Assembly (NCBI GenBank): GCA_965285935.1
Contig: OZ260661.1
Span: 60,512,001 to 60,576,000 of the forward strand
Source: Ophelia neglecta
Lineage: Eukaryota
Reading direction: 5' to 3'
DNA: 64,000 nucleotides
Both the position numbers and the translations under genes were made by a program. The notes under the pieces are model-generated. The model saw nothing but the letters and a program-made list of their open reading frames with translations, searched no databases and was not told the origin of the DNA. How positions within the stretch are numbered: the first letter of the stretch is position 1; each line of letters begins with the position of its first letter. Positions 36,049-47,954 of this stretch are shown here, piece by piece.

Positions 36049-38177
36049 TTATATAGACATGGTGTAATATTCGGCATTTTCTTGAAGATCGCTAGCAAAA
36101 TTACCGAAGTCAGCATTCATTAGATCTGTGGCGCTCATATTACTGAAGTCTGGCATGTTGAAAGTCGAGCAATAGTCCATAGAGTGGCTCTCTGTGTAGT
36201 CGACATTTGTGTTAGCGGTCACTGAGGCTGTATTTAAAGCGGCATTGGTCTGAAAATGTTCACTTCTATGTTGGTCCTCAGCCCCGATCCTGTTGACCGG
36301 ATCAGAAGGGGAGTTGTCAGGATAAAAGGCCCCGTTCACATGTCCAATACTGTATTGACCATTGCTGTCACTGTAGCTATTGATGGAATTAGCCGGCCCG
36401 CTCATTGAAATCTGTGGATAGTTACCCGTAGTTTGGTTATGGTCGTAACCCTGTTGAATTTCAGAGCGTTCTATAGCGGTGTCCCCCTGGCCCCCAGCAG
36501 GTTGGGGGTAGGCCCCTGGGTCAGGGACCATTGCCGGGTACCCCCGAGATTGAAGAGCATGGCCTGCCATTCCACGTTGCTGCTGGCCGTGGGGGTACGA
36601 CATATTGTGGGCATTTGCAATTTGAAACCCAGAACCTCTAGAATTGGTTTGCGAATATTGCCTTGGCATCTGGTTTTGTTGTGCTTGATGTTGATGTGGG
36701 TAGTAGCGATTGTTTACATACTGAGCTAGAGCGGCGGAGTCAGCCACGTAGCCATGTGTATCATTTTGACCAGGATATTGATGCTGGTACATTGGGTGAT
36801 TGGTCTGCACTTCGTTACCATGGCTACCAGCCATTGGGTCCTGCGGCAAGCTATTGACCATGTCCATACTGACATTGATGCCATTTCGTGCTGCGCTAGT
36901 GTTTCTCATCATGGGCGGTGGGCCAGTGTCGTCTGCTCGAATAAAGTTATGTGCTCCGCTAGATGGCGATGTCAGAGGCAAATTTCGAGTAGGCAGCGAG
37001 TGCCTGAAGTTTGCCTGATGTTTTACCGTGGTATTTGACTGAGCATACTCAGTCGGTCCCTGGAGAGGTGCGTGTTGAGGGTTGTATGTGTCAAACTCAC
37101 GACGAAAGCCGTTCGTAGGTTGGTAGCCCATTGGAGGCGGGACATTAGCGTGCATCATTTGCCCGTGAGTGAAGCCAGGGTATCTGTTGGTACCCATTGC
37201 TCCCTGGCCCACAGCGACATTGGGAGGGGGGATCCGACCAGATGTGAGCCCTGGGGAGGAATGACTGGGGGCCGTCGAAGCCTGAAGGGCCTGGGGAGAT
37301 TTTTGCTGGGGCTGTGGAAAAGGTTGCTGAGAGGAGGCTTTAGAATGCATGGGACTTTTAGTTGGTTTCTGCCCATCACATTTACCCATGTCTACAATCT
37401 CTGATTCACCAGCTGCTTTGATCTCTAACGAAGCTTCTGTTCTTCCTTCATTGTTCTTTGTGTTCCCTGATTGAGATTTATTGTTGTTCTCTGAATCAAC
37501 CGTTGAGTCAGCGTTAGCTTTTACTTGGCAGGCATTTCCTTCGGGAGTAAAGTCTCTTTTGTCTGAGACGGCCCCGTCCGAGTCGGTGTAATTCACCGGT
37601 TCCGACTTAACACAGTCTCTTTCATTTAGTTCTGTACTCCCCGACGTTGAATTATTTGTGCCAGTATTGAACGACTCTGTTGACATACGGGAGTCCTCCT
37701 CGGATTTATTTGATTCCGATGGCTCTGAGATAGCCGCCACGCTGGCTGTGTTCTCACCTGCCGAGTCCTCCTGGTATTTATCCAGGGGGTCTGCCATGTC
37801 CCCGAGGGGACTCTTACTGTCCTCCCCTCCGGGGTGTGTACTGCTGTCCACCGCCGGGGAGGGGGAGGCAATGCTGCCCTCTCCCTCCTCCCCTGAGCCC
37901 ATGCCAACACCGCCCCTCTCTTCCTCTCCCTTGTTGCTCGTCTGCCTCTTATACTTCATCCGCCTGTTCTGGAACCATACTTTCACCTGTCTCTCCGTCA
38001 GATCCAGCGAGGCAGCTATCTCTATTCTCCGGGGCCGGCAGAGGTATTTGTTAAAGTGGAATTCTTTCTCCAATTCTAGCAGCTGAGTATTTGTGTAGGC
38101 AGTTCGCAGTCGCCGGGGATGGCTCGAGCCGCTGCCGCTGCCACCGCCATCCGTTGTCGACTGTCCCTCGGGGAAAT
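36049..38177 (-). CDS. Hox2: Hox2/proboscipedia, coding exon 2 (homeobox 38118-37939 plus long C-terminal tail)
   Basis: Pyrimidine tract plus TAG|AT acceptor (AG at 38179-38178). Homeodomain [60 protein letters not shown] is PG2. Frame open to TAA at 36051-36049. Spliced CDS 2454 nt = 817 aa. Confidence 0.98.
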
Positions 38178-41100
38178 CTAGAGGAAGGCAGAGAGAAGAA
38201 AAAGGAACAAAAATTAAATTTCAATTAGTCAGTTGAAAGGCGATCGGCAATCGAGCGAGCCGAGGAATTTAGCTGTAATTGAGCTTCCCTGACCCTAACT
38301 AGTTGTGGGTATTCCAGCCTAGGAATCGGTTCCCCGAAACGCGGCGACTCGGGGTTTCACCTCGCGTCTAAGACAATAGAAAGAGACAGGTAATTATCTG
38401 TAGATCACGAAACCGACTGAAAGCGGCCGTGTTCGCATGATTGCAAACTAACTCAGGGACAGGCTGGCCACACGAGAGTCGACTGATGTTTGTACTGTGC
38501 CTTCGTGCTCCAATCTCAACACAAGCGCTGCATTTGAATTGAAGAGGCCAGGGAAGCTCAGAACAACGTCTTATACTTATGAATACAACATGCATATTAA
38601 CTTGATAAACGACAAAGAGTCTTATACGGTATCTAAACACTGTTATAAATAATAAATATTCTATCATCTAGGTTAATAGCATTATCCCAAATCACAGACA
38701 CATATATAGGCATTATTTACAGCCCAGCAGTTCCCCGAAATAGGCTTATTCTAATGGATAGTTCTCTAGGCCCACTAGAGGACAAAGACTAAGTTAGAAA
38801 CGCTGCCATCAAGTAGAGAAGAAACTAAGAAGGAGATAGATTCTCACATCGTAAATCTCTTTTTCACAGCCAGGAATTATGGGGTTTGGAGACAAGCATA
38901 AGACGGTTTAAGACCACAGAACAGCCGTGCAGTTTCCTCGAGTCACAAAACAAATTACATTACAACACCACAATCATGGTTCATTGGCAAACGCCTTGGG
39001 AGATTTATGGTTCTAAAGGAAGAAATTGAAAAATAACTAAAACGAATTAGGGATATGTCTCAGGGTGGGCTTTGTGCATTGGGACTGTCCAGATGGTCCG
39101 GCCGGGTTTTAAGGCCTTGTGATTCCCAACTCAGCCTGGAAACCGACCCGAAGACAGGTACTGAGCAGACGACAGGACACATTTCAAATTTGATGTCAGT
39201 CGCTTGTTGTGGTAGCCAAGACCGGGGTTTAGGAGGCACGCTGTTGCCTTCATCATTTGCCTCAAACAGCTTTCGATCTTTGCAGAAATTGACAGAGAAA
39301 GATAGTAAAGGGTGGGTTGAAAATGCTTTGTCGAGTTGTAATCAGGCCATGGGGGACTTGGGTCGAAATCCCCCTAGTAAGGTGGGATTATAGAAAGGAT
39401 TAAGACCTGAAAGCAGTTCGCTTGTTGTGCCCTTGTAAGATCTTAGGTCGAACTCCGGACGATAACAGCAGGGTTTTTTTCCCTGGTAGAACATTTTATT
39501 GTGTATTTCCCTCGTCCTTTAGGACTGTCTTATTCTCATGAGAGAAGACAACATAATTGAGACTTCTTTCGAGTTATTATTATAGAAGCTCGAGCTGGCA
39601 AGCATGACATGTGAAGGATTAGTAAAATGCATATTTGCCTTCGCTTTTACAAACACTTTGTCCTTCCTAATGCAGGCTCTTAAGTTTGAAAATGCACCAA
39701 CCGAGTATTAGCTTCTAAAGGCAACAATGACAAAAACGCCATGAGTAGGGTATCTGACAGCCCCGTCTAGACCTACATGCAATTCTAGAAATAACTCTTT
39801 TAGGGTCGTGTTGACATTTTCTGGAACATTCTATGTCTTTACTCTTAATTAAAGCAGGCCTAGCTACGTAGGCCTCTGTCATTGCAATTTTTCCTAGGTC
39901 TTGTTTCAGCAATTACAAGATAAAGCAGACATGTGTTTATGTATACTAACATATACATGTACCTAATCCAATATGGTTCCATGTGCGGAAAGATTGTCAA
40001 GTGAACTAACCAAATTAAGGTAAGGGAATTACACGAGAAAACTTCCCTGCCTGCGAAAATGTTTTGATTTACAGTGAACAGTGTATTGACATCTCTATAT
40101 ATTATATGTATATGTTTGTGGATAGGGAAAATGTCCCCCCCCCCCCCCCCGTGCTTTGAACAATATTCTTTCCATTCAAATATCTGGCCGTGTATCTTTT
40201 ATCTTACCCTTAAGTCTGTAAGTACTTGTTGTTTTGTTTATAAAAGGAAACCCCGGGCTTACATATCTATTATCAGCGTTTGATATCATCTATGTAGTAA
40301 GTGTTGGATGCTGTTCGGTCAGAGAATCTTTATGTATCGGCACATGACTCCGGTTTTTCAATGAAGTTGGGATAAGCAAACAGGTCTACAATTTAACACT
40401 AATTAATTGTCTCTTAATTATTCTTGAGAATTCGTTTTATTGTATTCTTGTCAAAAGTATACTATAAATGTTAAAATGTTTACAAGACACTGCTTTGGAA
40501 TTAAGAATAGCAAGCAATTAACTGGAATGATCCAGCTTGCAGAAGGTTTTTACTATTCTCAAGGAAAATCGCTCACGACTTTGAGCCCCCCCCCCCTCAG
40601 GAAAATGCTCTGGGTAAATTAAGGTTAAGGTAGCACTTGTATCTCACCTTCACAGCATTTCATATAAGTTAGTGAAAAAATAACCTGGTGACCCTTTTGT
40701 ATGGGGAATTCGGAAGAGGAACCAAGCACTAAGGCTATCACGGTGGGAGGGAGGATCCTGAGGCAAAATACTTTTGACCCCCCCCCCCTCATTTCCACCT
40801 TGAAACATTGTGTACCCCCACCCATTTTCTTTGCCACCCCACCAAACCCCCCCACCCTCTGATATTAATAATGAACACTCCCCAAACGGTCCTGGGTTGA
40901 AGCCAAAGTGTAAGCATATGTCCTATTTGTCGAATCTCACATCATGTAAGCTGGGTAGAATAAAATAACATTGGTGAAGTGTATGGTGCTGTTTATTCAA
41001 TAATTCATCGTCCCATTTTTATAGCCACAATTAGTCAAAAAGTCCATTCCTTATTGCTGGCTCCATATGTTTGTTGATTTGATATATACTGTATATATAA

Positions 41101-44100
41101 TATAATTACTTGTTTAACATATTTAGTCAATTTCTTTTCGTAAATCCTGGTGCCTTTATGTGACATCGTCCCTTTTTCGGTCAGAATGACTCCACCTTAT
41201 TCCAACATCTTAATGCCCTGTTAATTCGTATGCAATAAACCAGCAAAATCAAATGCTGCTATTGAAAATAAGCAGTGAATTATAATAGAAAATAAGTTAG
41301 GAACAGATCCGTTAACATATGTACCGCACTGCTCTGTTGGATACCTCACCCTAGAATACTTATCAGCACAGTTCTGAAGCTAATAGACTGTAATCAGCTC
41401 TTTAAATATCAAGGAAACCCAATGCATGCCAGCCTCCTAGCGGGCAGCTAAACATCACGGATTGATAGGAGCCCCACACTCGGGAGGAACTTGTTATATC
41501 CTGCTATCCCCCCAAAAGGAAATCACCTGACCGACACGCACCTGCCGGATACCTGTAATTATTCACTTCAGTGTTTAGACTCATCGGTGGATATTGCAAG
41601 GTTTAACTTGAGGTTGAAAAGTCAGTTGATTGTAAAAGCAATGTGTTTGTTAGCTTGTGTATTGGGACTTATGAAATTGTGATTAAAGCGATGAAAAAAT
41701 CAGATGGCCTTTCCTCTTTGGGCCTAAATGTGACCAAACGTCGGTTGACTTTATTGAAATAGAGCATTTCAACAGCACTTTCAACTTATATTGTTGAGAA
41801 AATGTGGCCATTGATTGCAAAACGTTTCAACAAAGATATTTGTCATAACTTACAATGACTAATTGCCTATGGCTAGACTGCAGTTGGGGTCAAAAGGTGC
41901 AATCTGGTTTGTCATGGAAATAGATTCGTTTTGTTAAGTATTATCCCTATTAATTACTTCAAAGTAAATTGCCTAAAACAAAGCATTCATTACAAAGGTC
42001 ATTCATTAGCAGATCCTGCTATTGATACCTAATGCCCAAATATGGCTTGCCACATTCTAATTGCAGGGGTGGATTAAGAATTGTTGCCAATCCATCCCCG
42101 TCCATCCCGGCGTCTGTATCTGTCCAGAGATGACAGCCGTAAAGGAAGATCTGCTAGAATTTATCAGCAGGTCCACTTCAGAAACGTTGATGGCTCTATA
42201 AGCTGATACTTGTTCAGATATCCCGTGTTAGCACCCATTCGGGCACTGTCATGCACACGGATTTATGTAATTCCCTATCTCGGCTTATTCAAGCTTGAGT
42301 AAGTGCCGTTGTAGCGTTGAGATGGGAGCTGATATCGCAGGCGGGAGTTGTAGATTTCTGAGTATGGGTGCAGGGATGTGAGACACTTGGGGCTTTTCTG
42401 CTCGAGCGGGCATTTCAAGGCACTATGTTGTAGAACAGTGTCGAGACTCACTGTGTCATTTCATTGATTGCTGGCAATTATGCACAAGTGGAACCGTCTC
42501 TCATTCTCCCTCGAGATTACTGCAGCATTGGTATAATATATCATAGCCAATATTATAGGATTATTATTGCTCATTTTGTGTTCACTATTCCATTCCACTG
42601 GAGTCTCTTAAACACTTGTCTAAGTTTAAGTCTATAAATAAAACATATACGCCATCAAAATGAAATGATATATACATTATCTTTTAAAATAAACAGGTCT
42701 CAAAATGTCTCAAAGCAGGGCGCAATGGGTCTGTTTCCTTTAATGGAACTGTCTTAACCACTGTTGCCTCAGAAAAAAAATATTTGCAAACAGACTGCAA
42801 GCCTCATTTGACAGATCAAGAAATTCAGAGCGAGTCTCACCAGAAGCTGGAGAATAAAGAGACTATTTACTTTTGAGATTTCGGGCTGATTCTCAGTGGA
42901 GGCACGGAGGAGAATGTATAAAGAGGAAACAGGCTAGAATTGCCGTCGGGGCACATGATGTCTTCAGTCTCAACGTGATAGCTTCAATAATAGATTTATT
43001 AATAATTCATGGAGAGTTTTCTTTAGGGTACATGGGGGACGTGGAAGAAAGGCCAGGGATACTATTGCAGATAGACAGGCCGTACGTGCTACTGTCAGGT
43101 AACCTCTATGGCCGACTGGCCAAGACACTTTCAGCATTAAATCTCTCTGAATGTGAACAGACTACATACTGACACTTTTAAAATGGCCACTGCAATTATA
43201 CGGTCTTAGCTAATTAAATATATTTGTCAACAGAGCCAACTCCTAAAACCAAACAATAATTATTTAACAATATAGTTGCAATAAAAAGGAAGGTTCAAAG
43301 TGCTGAGTGTCCATAAGTCGCCTTGGCAATTTACCTGGTGTTATGTTGCTGGCTGGTTATTTGTGGCCAGAACAACTGATAGTGTCTTGTTTGTGGTCAG
43401 TCATTTTTCTTTTTCGTGTGTGTGTTTGGGTGAGGAAGCAATAGGTTTAGACTAATGAGCCAACTTGTAAAAGAAAGACGAGTCTGTTTGAGTTGAATTA
43501 CCTATCTTCAAAGTATAATTCACGCTCTTCGCTCTTTGGGGAACTTGTTCAGAAATATGGGGGCTAAAGGCTAGATAAACCATTCAAAGGAAACTGACTT
43601 AGTACAAGGTCAAACCAGCGTGGCTCATGACTGCAAAGAATTTGATTGAACATGGTATAGGCAGATGCATGCCCGTTTATCATGCAGATATGACCAATGT
43701 CTGGAGGCAACAACACTGGCCACACACTGTGTGGTATATATAAACGATGTGTCTGATTCATAGATCAAGGTATGGCTGTCTGGGGGCCGTCTCAAAACAC
43801 GTGCTCGTGGCTGGCTTCAGAGCATATCAGAGTGCACAAACTCTTGAGAGTGTTGCTGTAATATTCTGGAAAATGTCGGAACTAATATCACAGGGTGTCG
43901 CTGTATCACTTAACTAGTGTATTACATCACCATTATGCGTGTAAACGTCACTGTTGTCTTCAGCGTCGTCATAAATGCTGCTCTGTGTATACTGGGCGTC
44001 TGTCCGGCCCGTTGAAAGATTACATAAGTTCATTAGGCCCTATAGAATGTACCAAGCTGGCAGATAGATATTTCCGCAATAAAATGCACCACATGTTTGA

Positions 44101-47100
44101 CACCTCCATATTCAGAAGATGGTAGCAACTTGCTAAAAGGTATCTAAAAGCTTCTGAAGGCTAGTTGAAACATTTACTAATTCTTGTTAAGTGACTCCTG
44201 ATACGCTTATGAGTTAGAAAAACATGTAGGTATTGTCCGTTTTATCTCTCAAACTCACTGGCTCAACTGTTCGTTGATACTCATAAAGAGATAACGTAAC
44301 ATGTTTAGATCATGCCCAATCCAATTTATCATACTTGACCAACAACTTGTGGCATTCAATAAACGGCCGAATGATAATGAAAACGTTTCAAGGTTTTTGA
44401 CTCAAGGCTTAAAGCACTTCTATTAGAGCCAAACGCTGATGGGTATATTGGTGGTTTTTATCTAACCAGGACCCAAGCGACCACCTACAACCAGAGGCAA
44501 AATTGAAGATGGCCAACATTTGTGTGTATGAAAACCTTGTTGGTGTGGTTCTCACGTGCTTAGATACATTCAGACCGCTGACAATATAGGTCCAGGCAGC
44601 CAAACATTCAATTCATGTCGCCCAACTATTTCTCTTCAGGCAAATACGACTGCTAACAATGGTTCTGATTTATTGCCGAATGACAACTTACACTACTTTA
44701 CGCTATTTTTCCGCCTATTTCAGTTTTGCTTGTGACTAGCCGATAGACAAAGTTGCGCATTTGTAATTGATTCAAATGTCCCGAGAGAAAAAACTACAAG
44801 GGAATATGTTTCAGATTGGGAATGATTTACGGTTAAGTTTCTACGATATTTGCCAGCAAATAGATAGAAAAAACACATCTTTGAATCAGAAACAAGTCGA
44901 GAAAATGGTTGGTGTCAAAGGTGAGACCTATTAGGAAAACGAACCTTGTCCACCGGCCCTAGTTGGCAAATTAATAAAACTGATTTCAGAACTGCCCTGT
45001 AACTTTATCTTTTATTTATGAGATAATATGTCACATGTGTCCCGGTATACCTGTACTATAGTAAAACAAGCCAACATGTAGTCACCCAGGTTATTGTGGA
45101 ATATATGCTGACTTTCATGAAGTGTCTAGAACTGTCTAGGCCAAGGAGTGTAGAAAGCTTGATTGACATGTACAAATTGCTACATTCGACTGTGTTCGAA
45201 AGCTCAATGATAAATGAAATTGCTTCCCCCATTTCTACTTTAAACCTTCTCATCAATGTGCATCTTTATTTTTTGTTTCTCCGATAGGCAATCAGCAGTC
45301 TGTATATTGTCAACTCAGATAACACACATATTCCACTGAAATCTGCTTTGAAATTTGGCTAATATGATACTTTATTTAACTGGAGGGAAGCTTGAGTTCT
45401 ACTGTCATGTTAAGCCTACACCACTCGCCTTTTAATCTGTTTCAATACAGCATGATTTTGCCGATTCTAACTCAGGAATGTTAGGCTAAATGTCATTCAT
45501 TTTGTATTGACATGTTATTCATACCGGCTTTAGAAATCTTTATGATAAGGGAGGAAAAATCTGGGCTACAGATATTTAGAAGTCAGTCAGACAACATAAA
45601 TGGATCTTTGTTCGGCTAAAGGCCACTTTGCAAGCAAGCGTTTCGGCTTCGAATGCACATAAACCGTTTTATTTTCAGATAAATCGCACATAGAAAAGAC
45701 CAATGTGTCTGTATACATTTGTTTGCACACATGACTTACTCTTCTGAATCATTACCATCACGGTTAATATCCGGTTTAATAGAAATATTGTCAACTATTT
45801 GAAAGTACGTACCACGTGCAAATGAAGTCGGTATCCTACTTTTATATTCCAATGACAAAATGCAGTATATTTCATAGAAATTCACAGCGCCCCAATTTAA
45901 TCATTATCAGTGTTTAATTGGTAATATTTACACCACTCAACACATTTCAAGACGAAAGCCAAACCTCACTTCCCACTTTGGCTTCAATCGCCAGCCAGCC
46001 TGAGAGTACATTGAAATTGCTACACCGAGTGGTTGACTTCTGAGAACAAAGGTCAAATGAATTACACTGGCAAACATCTGTCAGCGATAAAGAAAAGACT
46101 TTTCGATTTCGCCTTTTTCCTTTACCCTAACTTCCAATAACTCAACTACACACAGAATGGACATGCTAGAGCAACATTAGGCCTCACTGCAAAAGCTACA
46201 GAACGTTTGAGAGAGCGAAGATCATACAAACTATGTGAACTTCTGACACTGGTGTTTACATATTTCGTCTTTCCCGAGTGAAAATTTCCTTCAAATCTGA
46301 TGTTTTGTTTAGCAGTTATTAGCATAAGAAAAGTTACGTCAAGTGTGTTCCTATACGAGGCGTCACTGGGTGATGTGGCTAAAAACATGGAATATTAAAA
46401 ACAAATCTCATTAATAGTCAACACCATGGTGAAAAAGTTGACATCTCTGGCAGGTAAAAAGAGGCCATAACACCCATGAATAGGCTATAACAGGCAACTG
46501 TTTACGTCTAGTGTCGTATGGCATATGCTCACAATGTAATGTAATTGATTATGAACATGAATTTACAGCTATTGAGACATATTTCCCCTATCTAGAATTG
46601 AATGATGGCACTTGCCCGTCAGCGAGAGGGATGTTAGACAAATGACCGGCACCCAACACCCAGTCTTTAGCAAGGTGCCATAGCGGGAGAAAGCATTAAT
46701 CATTGACTAAATTGGACATCAAATTTTCACTGACATGTCGGAGAAGCAGATCGGCTTCACTGTGGGCAACGCAAAGTTGGTTTACACTTACTTGACAGGC
46801 CTAGTTTAGTGAAATTTTCCCTCAAAAATGAATATAATAACCATGGACATGTAAGAAAGATATCAACTGTTATTTGTTGTATTTTTGCCTGCCTACATCC
46901 CTGATATTATGTTGATAACGATAGATTCTGAAATCTTGGAGTACTCAATGAAACTCCGATTTCTGCCTGTTTCGCCTACTTACTACGATATTCAGAGCCC
47001 ATAAATCGGGCTGGTGAAGGGTTTAGTGGCAAACTTTCAGCACGTTTGACAAGAGATTGGTGGTTGGTGTGTAGGAACCTGACGGGTCGAAAGAGCACTT

Positions 47101-47413
47101 TACAACCTGACTTCAACCCAAAACAACTTCCTGGGCTGTCGGCGAGCTTTCCAATCAGGCATCAAGGTTAATAACAGGTCAACACTACATGTCAGTCTCA
47201 CGCCGAAAACTGGCGCAAAAATTCTTTACCGCCACTGACAGATTACAGAAAGTAGCATTATATATCTATCTAGTACTACACAAGTATGCTATTGAGATTA
47301 TCTGCTCCTGAGAGACACCCTTCAGGTCTATCTAGTGGCTATATCAGAGTCAAGAAGGAGCTTTGAGTGATAGTTGACATGAAAGTATGAGAGAGTAAAG
47401 TAAACCGTCATAC
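38178..47413 (-). other. Hox2: Hox2 intron (9236 bp, GT-AG, phase 1)
   Basis: In-frame join (G+AT = Asp) between the two exons. Confidence 0.88.
40730..40882. mobile_element. Possible MITE fragment with C-runs ending in AATAATGAACACTCCC
   Basis: C-run architecture and terminus resemble, from memory, short interspersed DNA-transposon derivatives of marine invertebrates. Only one end is recognisable. Confidence 0.25.
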
Positions 47414-47738
47414 CTAAGTCATTTATGGAGTGTTGTTGCCCGTCCGAACCGGCCTGTCGCCGACTTGGTTTTTTCTCCTTCATCCATGGGTATTCCGGTA
47501 CTTTTAGACTGGAGAGTGAACCGGCATGCTGGCTTTTACCCGGAGAGGCACCATTTACCGGGGTGATATCGGCCGGTAGGCGATCAGAACCATTGAGCAC
47601 TTGGCAGAAAGACGGCATCCTTGAAAGCTGGGTGATTGATGACATGGAGTAGCGCTCATTGATAGCTCCCAAGTCCGTCATAAATTCGGCAATACACGGC
47701 TGACTGTTGATGAATCCCGACTCACGATTGTCTTCCAT
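47414..47738 (-). CDS. Hox2: Hox2/proboscipedia, coding exon 1
   Basis: MEDNRESGFINSQPCIAEFMT matches the PG2 N-terminal GFINSQP motif. Hexapeptide EYPWMKEKK. Donor TTAG|GTATGA; 325 nt, phase 1. Confidence 0.96.
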
Positions 47739-47928
47739 TATTATTTGTAAAATAACTCCCTGCTCTGCTTATATCGGTCAGTAATATGTGTCAATAATTT
47801 GACAGCCACCCCCATTCAGCGTACTGCTCGCTTACAGGAGTTAGCCGGCCCAGTAGCATTCATATTAAAACTCTCTTACCCAGTTGTGCTTTTGATAACC
47901 AGGACTCGAACATCAGTGCTAGTTGTAG

Positions 47929-47954
47929 AGCCACGTGACCCTAGACAACCAATC
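47929..47954 (-). promoter_or_regulatory. Hox2 proximal promoter: USF E-box plus NF-Y CCAAT cassette
   Basis: AGCCACGTGACC 47929-47940 and CCAATC 47949-47954, with the same 11-bp spacing as at Hox1, about 200 bp upstream of the ATG. Confidence 0.68.

Noticed and set aside
36433-38086. Multiple plus-strand and alternate-frame ORFs over Hox2 (also 23501-24280 over Hox1 and 63734-63949 over Hox3)
   Set aside because: Shadow ORFs of GC-rich coding sequence with no recognisable domains.
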